From an uncultured Gammaproteobacteria bacterium (lineage in GTDB: Bacteria; Patescibacteriota; Microgenomatia; CAZETR01; Amesbacteraceae): a stretch of 64,000 bases of DNA. Positions 1 through 9,734 of the stretch are shown piece by piece; positions within the stretch are counted from its first letter, which is position 1; every line of letters starts with the position of its first letter. The stretch spans positions 460,470-524,469 of the forward strand of contig CAZFGX010000001.1 in assembly GCA_964518565.1 (NCBI GenBank), given 5' to 3'. The position numbers were made by a program, and so were the translations under genes. Under the pieces are notes generated by a model, which saw only the letters and a list, made by a program, of their open reading frames with translations, did no database searches and was not told the DNA's origin.

Positions 1-5
1 TGGCC

Positions 6-356
6 ATGGTGGGGGATGGCATAAACGATGCTCCAGCTCTGGCAACTGCTGATGTGGGCATAGCAATGGGTGCTGGTACAGATGTAGCCATCGAAGCCGC
101 AGATATTACGCTCATGAATAAAGATTTACACTCAGTAGTCTCGGCTATCGAGCTATCCAAAAAAACTATGAACACCATCAAGACAAACCTATTGTGGGCT
201 TTCGGCTACAATATTATTCTCATCCCCATCGCCGCCGGTTTATTGTATCCCGCGTTTAATATACTTTTGAGTCCAGTCTTGGCCGGTGCCGCCATGGCGA
301 TCAGCTCCGTGTCTGTGGTGACCAATTCACTCCTCCTACGCAAGGCAAAAATCTAA
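6..356 (+). CDS. P-type (heavy-metal type) cation-transporting ATPase, C-terminal fragment (5' end outside window)
   Basis: Hinge motif [13 protein letters not shown], then C-terminal TM helices typical of P1B-ATPases (CopA/ZntA-like). Confidence 0.85.
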   Translation: MVGDGINDAPALATADVGIAMGAGTDVAIEAADITLMNKDLHSVVSAIELSKKTMNTIKTNLLWAFGYNIILIPIAAGLLYPAFNILLSPVLAGAAMAISSVSVVTNSLLLRKAKI

Positions 357-1061
357 TATTTCTGTTGCATAAGCCGGAAAAAAATGTTTAAAACTATGTC
401 CGGCCCCTTCTATCACTTTTTTATGGCTATCAGCATTTGTGTATGCCTCTAATAGTTCGTCTTGTGCAGACAGGGGAACAATATCGTCTAAGCTACCTTG
501 TAGTAATAAAATTTCGCCCTGGAATTTTTTAGCAGATTCTCTAAGTACTTCTTTTGGTGGACAGGTCGAAAGAATTGGCTTGGTAGACGAGCTCGATCCA
601 ATTCCACTACCACACAAAACTATCTTTTTGATTTTGGGTAAAATTCCAGACAAAGTACTCAATACAGTTCCACCAATAGAATTTGCCAATACCCACAAAT
701 TTACATCATCCCTTTTTATACCAAACAGCTCATTACTTTGATCCAAAATAAGATGAATAGCATCACAAATATCAGCGGCTTCTTGTTGAAAAGTTTTGTT
801 TTCAAAAGCCAAGATTTGAGTATTTCTACCTTCGATTGAATAAACAGACCAATCTCGAGATGAAGAAAATTGCACCGAATGTGCCATGCCACTTTTAATA
901 ATTTTATTATTCAAATATCTAGACTTTGAACCCTTATCACCGGTGATTCCGTATGCTCCATGAATTTGGAACAAAATATTAGTAGTTGGCTGCTTAGATT
1001 TCGTAACGATTAATTTCGTAAAAGACTTGTAGTTTCCTTTAATAAAAATGGTTGAACTCAT
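336..1061 (-). CDS. alpha/beta-hydrolase fold protein
   Basis: Nucleophile-elbow-like LANSIGG, GSGIGSS and a C-terminal His in a hydrolase-like context; 241 aa. Confidence 0.55.
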   Translation of the reverse strand: MSSTIFIKGNYKSFTKLIVTKSKQPTTNILFQIHGAYGITGDKGSKSRYLNNKIIKSGMAHSVQFSSSRDWSVYSIEGRNTQILAFENKTFQQEAADICDAIHLILDQSNELFGIKRDDVNLWVLANSIGGTVLSTLSGILPKIKKIVLCGSGIGSSSSTKPILSTCPPKEVLRESAKKFQGEILLLQGSLDDIVPLSAQDELLEAYTNADSHKKVIEGAGHSFKHFFPAYATEILDFCLA

Positions 1062-1486
1062 TTTCCACTTTTGTTTTCCAGATACTTCTCAATCAAAGCA
1101 ATATGTTCGACATCTTTTGGTCTGTTCATCATCTTCTTCCATTTTAATACTTGTTCCAGTTGCACAAACCGAACACCTTCCACTACTTCAGCGTTATCAA
1201 TCAATTCATTTATATTCCATTCTCCTGGACCCCAAGAATTAAAAATTTCAATCTCTCCTTCAAATAGTTCGACTACAAGTGCATTTCCAGATCTGGCAGC
1301 TACAGGAGTAGCCAGTGTAGTAGCTTTTTCCCATGCCTGGCCTCGAGCAACGATATCTATATCATGACCCAAATCTTTTAATCCGTGAGCAAACATCGAC
1401 CCACTACCAAAAATTGCAAAGTCTTCGGTTGGCAAACCCAGTGTTATCAGTTTGTTAAAAATAGGATTACTTGCCAAAACAGCCAT
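1058..1486 (-). CDS. nucleotidyltransferase-fold protein (minimal NTase)
   Basis: FGSGSMFAHGL...DIDIV resembles the GS-x(n)-DxD polymerase-beta NTase motif; 142 aa. Confidence 0.4.
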   Translation of the reverse strand: MAVLASNPIFNKLITLGLPTEDFAIFGSGSMFAHGLKDLGHDIDIVARGQAWEKATTLATPVAARSGNALVVELFEGEIEIFNSWGPGEWNINELIDNAEVVEGVRFVQLEQVLKWKKMMNRPKDVEHIALIEKYLENKSGK

Positions 1487-1499
1487 TTATACGAACCTA

Positions 1500-1910
1500 T
1501 TATAATCCACTTTCATTAACAAACTGTTTTAAAAACTCTCTGTCTTCTTTTACAGCCATTTGATTTATTGCATCATCAATATCAAACCAACTATATTGTT
1601 CTTCGGCTTTTTGATGAAAATCGATTCTGTCAGAGTCAATTAGATACATATGAATATCTTTTTCCACAAAAGTACCATCCCTCTCTGTCGAAGTTCTACT
1701 GTAGACTCCTATCTTTTTAACGATTTTCAATTCGGTTAATCCTGTCTCTTCGGACACCTCCCTCAATGCTGCTTGTTCAGGACTTTCTCCTTCTTCAACA
1801 TGGCCTTTGGGAAAGCCCAATCCTTTGATATGGGTATAGATAGTTAAAAGTATTTGTTTGCTTGGCTTATATCTAATAACGATCCCGCCTGCAGATGTTA
1901 CTTTTTTCAT
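1500..1910 (-). CDS. NUDIX hydrolase
   Basis: Nudix box GHVEEGESPEQAALREVSEETGL. Confidence 0.85.
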   Translation of the reverse strand: MKKVTSAGGIVIRYKPSKQILLTIYTHIKGLGFPKGHVEEGESPEQAALREVSEETGLTELKIVKKIGVYSRTSTERDGTFVEKDIHMYLIDSDRIDFHQKAEEQYSWFDIDDAINQMAVKEDREFLKQFVNESGL

Positions 1911-2016
1911 ATTACCTTTGGGGTCGTTTACCGAACGACGTTAGAACTTATTACAGCAATATATCAGGCAAAGAATCAGAGTTCTACAAAAACGCATTCA
2001 GCAGTTTGTAATAATA

Positions 2017-2463
2017 ATGTCCGATAATGATAAAATTCGAGCTATGGCAAAAATTGATGCTGTTCAAAGATTTAAATACCTGATCTTCTCGGAGAATCCT
2101 GACACTCTTCTAAAGTTCTATACGGATGGTTTGGGATTTGAAGTAGAAAGAAAGGTAGAAGAACCGTTGGACTATGGTTACTTCATTCGGCTATCAGCTC
2201 GTCTGCAGCTGTTCATCGGTCGACACTCGGAAATACTAGGTCAAAATAAAGACTCACTTAGACACATTTTTGATCTATGTGTAGATTCGGTGAATCAAAC
2301 TTGGGAAAAGATAAAAGACACTCCAGGATTACAAGTTATAGCTGAGCCATTTGACGCTCCTTGCTCTCGTGTAGCAACCTTTGCTGATCCAGAAGGCAAT
2401 ACCTGGCAAATATCAGAACTTATGGCCTGTGAGCTTTGTAAGCCTGAGGAAAAGAAGAACTAA
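2017..2463 (+). CDS. VOC/glyoxalase-bleomycin resistance family protein
   Basis: YTDGLGFEVE-type VOC fold start; 148 aa. Confidence 0.55.
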   Translation: MSDNDKIRAMAKIDAVQRFKYLIFSENPDTLLKFYTDGLGFEVERKVEEPLDYGYFIRLSARLQLFIGRHSEILGQNKDSLRHIFDLCVDSVNQTWEKIKDTPGLQVIAEPFDAPCSRVATFADPEGNTWQISELMACELCKPEEKKN

Positions 2464-2554
2464 CTGGGAAAGATAAAAGAAATATAGAATGCTGGGACAT
2501 TGTTTACTAAGTGTGAACTTAGCCTATATTCTTTTACCTTTCCCTTCGGTCGTA

Positions 2555-3166
2555 TTACGGCATATTCATTTCGGACATGTTGTGATGATGAAGATTTGGG
2601 GTTGAATCTGTCTGGGGAAGAGCCATGCTCATCATAGCTGCGAACATAATTGCCATAGCAAATCCCATTGCGACATGTGCAATGTCTCCTAACTTTCCTG
2701 GATAGCTCGAGCCCTTGGTGAAGTCTTGAATAACTTGGTAGATATAGAAAGCAGTGAAGGGGAGATAGAAGGCGATACCAGCCAAGTAAAAAAGAGCGTC
2801 AACACCAGGCACGAACATCACAGTCATCAAAACATTTAAGATCCAATGAACTGGATCCCACCAGGTTGGATAATTGTGTTTTGATGAATGTCGAATGAAA
2901 ACCCGCACGGCAAAGAAGATGGCGCAGAAGCCATAGACAGCTGCCCAGATTTGCCAAGGTCCATACGACTTGAGCACTCCAACCATGTTCAATCCCATAA
3001 CTGCCATTCCGATTCCATGACCTCCATGCCCCAACCAATCAGCCCAGAAATCAAAATGCTTCAATTCCGAGCGCATAAACAATCGACACACATAGATCAC
3101 CGTGACTGCAACAGACAAAAGAGCTGCAAGGCGTAAGAAAAACAATTCCAAGGGTGTTGTTCCCAT
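2555..3166 (-). CDS. integral membrane protein with His-rich motifs (possible metal-related)
   Basis: Multiple TM segments; HGGHGIG and C-terminal HHH. Confidence 0.45.
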   Translation of the reverse strand: MGTTPLELFFLRLAALLSVAVTVIYVCRLFMRSELKHFDFWADWLGHGGHGIGMAVMGLNMVGVLKSYGPWQIWAAVYGFCAIFFAVRVFIRHSSKHNYPTWWDPVHWILNVLMTVMFVPGVDALFYLAGIAFYLPFTAFYIYQVIQDFTKGSSYPGKLGDIAHVAMGFAMAIMFAAMMSMALPQTDSTPNLHHHNMSEMNMP

Positions 3167-3269
3167 TTAAAATCTCCTATTTGAATTTCGACCGAATTTT
3201 TAAGGTGCCGAAAGCGCCAGTCACTCGCAATGAGTGCGTTAACTTAAAGCGCCTTACCAATAAAGATGG

Positions 3270-4466
3270 CTAGTCTGAATCCCAGTTCAGATAAGTATCT
3301 TTATGGCTTGTGCTGGGCAGGACAATTTCTCGAAGAGAGCGTATCAAACGATCAACATCTTCTTTTGAAGTATAAATTTGCATGCTTACTCGAACTGAGT
3401 CTGCAAACTCGCTATTGGGATCCATACACATCTTTCCAGTTCGGACATAAACCCCGAATTCACTCAATCCAAACCCAATATCATCACTAGACAGACCAGT
3501 TATTTTGAATGACACAATTCCATATCCAACTGCACATTTTGCAAGTGCTACTCCTGGCAAGAATTCAATCGCATTAATGGTCCTTAATTGCTCAACCAAA
3601 TAATGAGTAAGCTCAAATTGTTGCTGAGATATGGCTTCAACTCCAATCCTCTCCATAAAGCTGATTGCTGCTTTCAAACCAATAATTCCAGACAGGTTGA
3701 GAGTGCCAACTTCTTTAAACAATCTTTCATCACGTCTGGAGTAAAGTATTCCAATTCCAGTGGGGGCAAACATCTTGTGTCCAGAGAAATATACAAAATC
3801 AGCTCCAAGATCATCTACACGAACCACTACCTTTCCTATACTTTGACTACAATCAACAATAATTCTAATCGATGGATCAATCTGATCTTTTATGTCTTTA
3901 AAAGTTGTCTTAGTTCCAAAAACATGATGAATATGTGTACCAATAATAAGACGTGTTTTGGAACTTACTTTCTTTAGCAGGTCATGTTTGTCTACTTCAC
4001 CTATGGCATTCGTCTTGTAGGCAACGAGATTTATATTAGCTCCATAACTATTTAAAATATTTTGTACTTCAATCCATGGTTCAATCGTCGATTTATGATC
4101 CTGATCACAATATAAAATCTCATCTCCATCTTTCAAGTTAGTAAGACCCCATTTGCAAGCAATTAAATGTGCACTTTCGCTTGCTCCAGAAGTAAAAAAT
4201 ACATGAGTTTGATCCTCAGATCCAATGAAATTATCCACCATCTTTCTTGTCTCTAATACTTCTTTCGTAATTTGATTTGCCCAACTATAGCTTCCACGGT
4301 CTGCGTTGGCGGTTTCACTTGTTAAATAAACAGAAACAGCATCCGAAACTATCTTTGGAACTTGTGTCAGCGCTCCGCTGTCTAAGTAGCAAATACTCGA
4401 ATCGGCAATTGCTGGAAAGTCTTGTTTCATGATGTTTTCTCCATAACCAGTCCAGCATCTCGCCAA
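3270..4466 (-). CDS. cysteine desulfurase (class V aminotransferase, SufS/CsdA-like)
   Basis: FSGHKMFAPTGIGILY PLP-lysine motif; 398 aa; overlaps the upstream gene by 40 nt (operon). Confidence 0.85.
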   Translation of the reverse strand: MARCWTGYGENIMKQDFPAIADSSICYLDSGALTQVPKIVSDAVSVYLTSETANADRGSYSWANQITKEVLETRKMVDNFIGSEDQTHVFFTSGASESAHLIACKWGLTNLKDGDEILYCDQDHKSTIEPWIEVQNILNSYGANINLVAYKTNAIGEVDKHDLLKKVSSKTRLIIGTHIHHVFGTKTTFKDIKDQIDPSIRIIVDCSQSIGKVVVRVDDLGADFVYFSGHKMFAPTGIGILYSRRDERLFKEVGTLNLSGIIGLKAAISFMERIGVEAISQQQFELTHYLVEQLRTINAIEFLPGVALAKCAVGYGIVSFKITGLSSDDIGFGLSEFGVYVRTGKMCMDPNSEFADSVRVSMQIYTSKEDVDRLIRSLREIVLPSTSHKDTYLNWDSD

Positions 4467-5728
4467 GAGGTAATTCCGCCAGATAAATTAACTGCCATAT
4501 ACGACTTATCAATAAAGCGTGCAGCTATCTTTCTAGAAAGCTCGCCGGTAGGACAAACAAAAAGCAATTCAGTCGATTTGGGGAAGGGTAGTCCACGAGA
4601 CAGCATTTCTTCTAATGTGTCATTTGGAATGTTGATAGAGCCTGGTACATGTCCCATGCGATACCCCAGATTGGTACGGATATCTATTACAAGTTTGTTT
4701 GGTACTTTTAACCATTCTTCAACTTGCAATGGCAGTAGTTCCTTGACTGCAACATTGCTCAAATCATTTATTTGCTCTTTGCTAATCCCACCAAATAAAT
4801 CTGGTCTTCTCTTTTGGTAATAAGACATGTACCATTCAAACCGATCACTGACAATAAATACTGCCTTCTTTCGAGAAACTAAATTTCGATCCAATTTGCT
4901 TAAATACTCAAGAGCGCCTGCATATCCTGCCCCACTAGTCGGTCCTCCCATGATGCCACTTTTACGAATTAAATTTACAGAGGCTTCAATGCTTATCTTC
5001 GAGTTTATTATTAGTATCTGATCATAAAATTCTTTCTCAAACAGACCTACTTCCCACATCTCACTTTCAGATCGAATGCCTGGAATAAAGTCGTCACTTC
5101 CAGAGACGATTCCTATCGTCTCCAGTTGAGGATTTTTCTCCTTTAAGAATTGCGCAGTTCCACGAGTAGATCCAGAAGTACCTAGACCTCCAAAGAAATA
5201 ATCAACATTTCCTATATCAGCATAAATCTCAGGACCAGTCGATTTGTAATGGGTTTTAATATTCTTTTCATTGGTATATTGAGAAGCATGATAATAGTGA
5301 TCAGGATTTACAGAAAGCTTTTTGGCTATGACCGAACTGACATCATTTTCTACTGTAGGATCAGGACACTCTGACAGGCCTGGCAATTCTTCAAAAGTAG
5401 CTCCAATAAATTGAACAATTTGTTTCACTTCCAAGACCTTAAATCGGTTTGTCACAATCTCAAGGTGCAAACCATAAATTGATGCTAAGGCTTGAAGTGC
5501 CTTTGCAGTATTTCCACTGGAAGCTTCAATAAAAGTTCTTTTTTCTTTTTGAATCTTTTGAATATCATCTTTAATCATCCCCCATGCGATACGATCTTTT
5601 ACAGATCCAAATGGGTTGTAATACTCAAGTTTGGCGTACAAATCAATATTTTTTAATCCGTGGACAGCTGGATCAATAAGCAAGAGTGGAGTATTTCCAA
5701 TAAGTTCAGTTATGTGTTTGTAAACCAT
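4427..5728 (-). CDS. cysteine synthase-family PLP enzyme fused to a C-terminal rhodanese domain
   Basis: N-terminus LIGNTPL...KLE..NPFGSVKDR...SSGNT (CysK/CysM fold); C-terminus VIDIRTN...FVCPTGELSR rhodanese active-site loop. Confidence 0.8.
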   Translation of the reverse strand: MVYKHITELIGNTPLLLIDPAVHGLKNIDLYAKLEYYNPFGSVKDRIAWGMIKDDIQKIQKEKRTFIEASSGNTAKALQALASIYGLHLEIVTNRFKVLEVKQIVQFIGATFEELPGLSECPDPTVENDVSSVIAKKLSVNPDHYYHASQYTNEKNIKTHYKSTGPEIYADIGNVDYFFGGLGTSGSTRGTAQFLKEKNPQLETIGIVSGSDDFIPGIRSESEMWEVGLFEKEFYDQILIINSKISIEASVNLIRKSGIMGGPTSGAGYAGALEYLSKLDRNLVSRKKAVFIVSDRFEWYMSYYQKRRPDLFGGISKEQINDLSNVAVKELLPLQVEEWLKVPNKLVIDIRTNLGYRMGHVPGSINIPNDTLEEMLSRGLPFPKSTELLFVCPTGELSRKIAARFIDKSYMAVNLSGGITSWRDAGLVMEKTS

Positions 5729-5731
5729 GCT

Positions 5732-7144
5732 TTAAATAGGTAAATAATGTTCGTCTAAATACCAACAGAATCTGTCACCATCCTCAACGACAGCAACCTT
5801 TTTTAATTTTGGTTGCATCAATGCTTCACTGGCTGAAAGATCCATTTGGTAAGCTGCTGTATTTATAAACATGACTAGATCGCCTGGCTGAGGGATTTTT
5901 GATACAAATGTCTTGTGACTGTAAATAAGATTTTTTTCCAAGCAAAGATTTCCAGCAAAAAAGATGCCATGTTCACCTGATTCATATTCTTCGTCTGGTT
6001 GCCGATAGAGGATGACTGGATCTAACAAAATAGCTTGATCGGCTGGTACCAAGTCGTCTCGTTTGATATTGAGATGAACAAGAATCTCTCCTGAAGTGCC
6101 GTATTTTATTGATTCAACTTGTGAGACTGTAATTCCCACATGATCCAACAAGGCCTTACCCGGCTCGATATAAAGGTTAGCCATCGAGTCTTTAAGAAGT
6201 GATTGAGTATCTCCAGAATGCGTGTTTAATTGGCTTGTAAGAAGCGTAGTCAATTGTTCGTAACCTTTTGACTGATTGGCATAACGATGGAAGGTTGGAA
6301 TACCTTCCAAACGATCGTTTGTCTGTCGATATCCAAATGTTACCCCTGGCCAATGTAGAGCTTCAGATTGGCCCAGAATCCCTAATTTGAGAGCTGTTGA
6401 ATATTTATCTAGATCATTTGTATCTTCTAAGAAGACTTGCCTAAACCCTCCACCAATATCAATAATTGACGGTGAAAATCCTCTGTTTTGAAGCTCTTCC
6501 AAAACAGAAAAACATTGTTCAATTGCAGTAAGTCTCTCCTTTGCCTCAGAGGTATCTAAATGAAATGACAACCCTTTGAGATCAATACAATTAGAGTAAG
6601 TATTTAATAGAGTAATTGCAGCATCAAGATCTTTTATTGGAATCCCAAATCGACTGGGTTTATGGGAAGAAGAAAAGCCTGATAGACGCAAAAGTAATGG
6701 CTGTTTTGTTTGAAGTTTGCTCGCTAATTTAGAGACGTACTCCAACTCAATAAGACTGTCTATGCTGATCAGAACGGAGTGAGAAACTGCGAGATATAAA
6801 TATTCTTTATTCTTGGGGCCAGTCGCCAATATCTTGTTTCCTCTAAATCCGCACGACAGTGCATGTTTTAATTCGTTGGCCGACGCAACGTCTACATAGA
6901 TTTCATCTAAATGAGCCTGACGAACAAGAGCTGACGACTGATTGGCTTTGTGGGCATAATAAACCCTTCCTGACAAAGCAAGATTATTGAAGACACTTTT
7001 AAACTCCTCAATATTCTCAGAAAATATCTGAGGGAAAACAATATTTAGGGAACCACCCATGCATTGAACAAGGTTAATAAGTGCCTCTTTTTCAGCAATG
7101 AAACGAGAAACAATAGAGTGAATTTTGGGTTGCAAACGCAACAT
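5732..7144 (-). CDS. PLP-dependent decarboxylase, Orn/DAP/Arg decarboxylase (alanine-racemase fold) family
   Basis: YAHKANQ (PLP lysine), IDIGGGF glycine-rich motif; 470 aa; 3 nt upstream of the CysK-rhodanese gene. Confidence 0.75.
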   Translation of the reverse strand: MLRLQPKIHSIVSRFIAEKEALINLVQCMGGSLNIVFPQIFSENIEEFKSVFNNLALSGRVYYAHKANQSSALVRQAHLDEIYVDVASANELKHALSCGFRGNKILATGPKNKEYLYLAVSHSVLISIDSLIELEYVSKLASKLQTKQPLLLRLSGFSSSHKPSRFGIPIKDLDAAITLLNTYSNCIDLKGLSFHLDTSEAKERLTAIEQCFSVLEELQNRGFSPSIIDIGGGFRQVFLEDTNDLDKYSTALKLGILGQSEALHWPGVTFGYRQTNDRLEGIPTFHRYANQSKGYEQLTTLLTSQLNTHSGDTQSLLKDSMANLYIEPGKALLDHVGITVSQVESIKYGTSGEILVHLNIKRDDLVPADQAILLDPVILYRQPDEEYESGEHGIFFAGNLCLEKNLIYSHKTFVSKIPQPGDLVMFINTAAYQMDLSASEALMQPKLKKVAVVEDGDRFCWYLDEHYLPI

Positions 7145-7202
7145 ATGACAAACAAAATAAATAAAACCTACTTAGGTTAATAAGATCTGACGAAGTTGAT
7201 AG

Positions 7203-7667
7203 TTAGGAAGAAAAAGGAGGAGATCTGGGACTTTGAAGAGAGAATAATGGCTCAATAAATAGTTCAGGTGACTCATCTGTCACGTCAGGGTTAAAACTTT
7301 GTTCTGGAAGCTCAAGCAGGGCTATATTAGTATCAGTCGTTGCTGGTGCACAGCAAGGATGAGAAGTTGCATGGTCGCCATGGTCGGCATGTGCATCTAC
7401 TCGAGATAATAAGTAGCCTGGGATAACATGAGTAGTCAGAATGCCAGCAAGAATCAGATATGTGGTGACCTTCTTTGGAGATTTAAACGCCAATATGGCA
7501 AAACCGCCCAAAATAGCTATAGAAGTCATTAAAGCTAGTACTGACGACTTTGAACTTTGGGTAGTCGAAACAGTATGCATCTGGCCATGCTCCATAGCAC
7601 TGGCCTGAATAGGAGAGATGAAGAAGAGTCCAAAAAGTGTCAATAATAGTGCCAGTTTCTTATTCAT
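7203..7667 (-). CDS. secreted/membrane protein with a His-rich region
   Basis: Signal peptide MNKKLALLLTLFGLFFISPIQASA, internal TM, HADHGDHATSHPCC. Confidence 0.4.
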   Translation of the reverse strand: MNKKLALLLTLFGLFFISPIQASAMEHGQMHTVSTTQSSKSSVLALMTSIAILGGFAILAFKSPKKVTTYLILAGILTTHVIPGYLLSRVDAHADHGDHATSHPCCAPATTDTNIALLELPEQSFNPDVTDESPELFIEPLFSLQSPRSPPFSS

Positions 7668-7788
7668 GCTAACGCAATTGTATCTTATTGAAGCAATTTA
7701 TACAGAAAATCGGGTTCGTCTACTAATCGATGTTTAGAAGCTATTTATAGCATATATCTATAACAAAGATGGCAATGCTTAAGGCTGG

Positions 7789-8538
7789 CTATGCTTCTCT
7801 GATACCGAACATCTTAACAATGCGACTCTCGTCAATACCCAATACGTCATAAACCGTAATTTTTGAAAGCTTGCCAGTCTCTTCGTATGTTATTTCGGAA
7901 GTACGACCACGTACAAGCACAACTCTAGGCGGAACTTGCATCTTAGAAAGATTTGCAGCTATGTCAAATTGTTTTGGCGCAAGTAATGTGGGGTAAGACA
8001 TTGAGATGAGATAAACATTATCAGGTGCCTGGTCGGGTTTGCCCACGACACACAAAGAAGCCTTTGCACATATAGACTTTAATGCTTCGTTAACCTGCAC
8101 GTCAGTAAATTGTGCTGGTGTGTTAACACACAAAACTATAAGGTCATATTCAGAATAACATTTGGAATCCGAATATTTGGTTTGTTTTAGAAATTCAACA
8201 ATATCCCTAGTGCTTGCATGGTCATCTAGTGTAACTATTTCCATTTGCAATATTTTCAATCCTACTTGACCATCAATTACCACTTGTTTTGCAGCCATCA
8301 CATCTGGAGTGTTCGACTGTTTATTTGACTGCATAAAATACCTACTGTCGGGATCATACTCAATAACTCCCAGCAAGGCGATTGCTGCTTTAAACATTTC
8401 AAAAGCCCTCTTAAATTCTTGGTCCTTTAACTCTATCTCAGAATAAATCTGTGTCAGATACCAAAACGATTCAATTACCTGGCGAGGAGAATACCAGGAG
8501 TCTACCTCAAAAAGCACCTCCAGGTTATAGAAATGCAA
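7789..8538 (-). CDS. hypothetical protein
   Basis: 249-aa ORF with no recognisable motifs; overlaps the start of the recombinase remnant. Confidence 0.3.
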   Translation of the reverse strand: MHFYNLEVLFEVDSWYSPRQVIESFWYLTQIYSEIELKDQEFKRAFEMFKAAIALLGVIEYDPDSRYFMQSNKQSNTPDVMAAKQVVIDGQVGLKILQMEIVTLDDHASTRDIVEFLKQTKYSDSKCYSEYDLIVLCVNTPAQFTDVQVNEALKSICAKASLCVVGKPDQAPDNVYLISMSYPTLLAPKQFDIAANLSKMQVPPRVVLVRGRTSEITYEETGKLSKITVYDVLGIDESRIVKMFGIREA

Positions 8539-9678
8539 TGGAAAAACGACAAGGGGAAAGAGATATTGTTCCAGTAGACGGGCAGTTTGTGTTAGTAAGA
8601 AAGCTTTTTGAAGAATATTTAACAGAGAAATATTCTGTTCAAAGTCTTTGTAGATATGCTGAAGAAATAGGTGTCAAAAACACCAGAGGCAATCCAATAA
8701 GCAAGACTCAGCTTTACAAGGTCCTTAGCGACCCATTTTATACGGGGGTCAGGTATGTTTATAAATAAAAACTCTACACGAACGGCATTCATGCCAGGAT
8801 GATAACTGATCAACAATTCGATCGAATACAAGAAATACTTAATCAAAGATCGCATCCGAGAGGATCTATTAGAAAAGATCTTTTAACTGGGATAATGAAA
8901 TGTGGTCAATGTGGAAGATCGATAATTGCAGATGTAAAGGTTAAAAAATATAAAAATGGTAAATCCCAAACATTCATTTACTATCGATGTAGTAAAAAAT
9001 GGAATGGGCAGAAGTGTCTTCAAAAGTATGTCACGTCTCAAGATTTAGACCGACAAATAAATGAGATTTTGGACAATATTCAGCTACCCACTCAAATTGT
9101 TGACTGGGCATTAAAGTGGCTAAAAGTTATCCATTCCCATCAGATTGAATCCAAAATGGCTCAATACAAATCTTTAGAGCAGTCATATCAACAGTGCAAT
9201 CTTAAATTGTCCAGGATAGTCGACCTCGCATTAGCAGAATTGATTACCACAGAGGAAGCTATGGAAAAAAAAGAAGGAGCTAGAATCGAAAAAGGATGAT
9301 CTAAAAGAAAAGTTGGATAACATTGATTTGAGAGTAAATGAATGGAATAGTCTCGCTATAAATTCCTTTGAATTGGTAAAAAATATAAAACAGAAGTATG
9401 TCGAAGGAACCCCAGAACAAAAGAGAACAATTTTGCGGATTATTGGCTCGGACTTAAAGATCGTTAATAGAAAATTGGAAGTACAGCTCAGAACTCCATT
9501 TGAGTTAATTTCCAATAGTTTTAAAGAGATCGACAAAAATTTCAAGTTAGGACCCGATGATTTGGCCGATATGTCGGCCAATAGATTCGTTTCAGGAGAT
9601 CAAAAAAACATATGGGGTGGAAGACGGGACTTGAACCCGCAACCCCCAGATCCACAATCTGGTGCTCTAACCAATTGA
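8451..9678 (+). pseudogene. large serine recombinase (phage-integrase type) remnant: catalytic resolvase domain missing, one in-frame stop and one frameshift
   Basis: Three consecutive ORF fragments (8451-8768, 8799-9299, 9313-9678). They carry the recombinase domain (NPISKTQLYKVLSDPFYTG), the zinc ribbon (CGQCGRS...YYRCSKK) and a coiled-coil tail; ends at tRNA-His. Confidence 0.6.
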
Positions 9679-9690
9679 GCTACATCCACC
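9613..9690 (-). tRNA. tRNA-His (anticodon GTG)
   Basis: Cloverleaf read on the minus strand; anticodon loop ttGTGga; extra 5' G; one acceptor mismatch; CCA encoded. Confidence 0.75.
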
Positions 9691-9734
9691 GTAATGACCA
9701 ACTAGTCTATTTTACTAAAAAAACCCCTCTTTGA

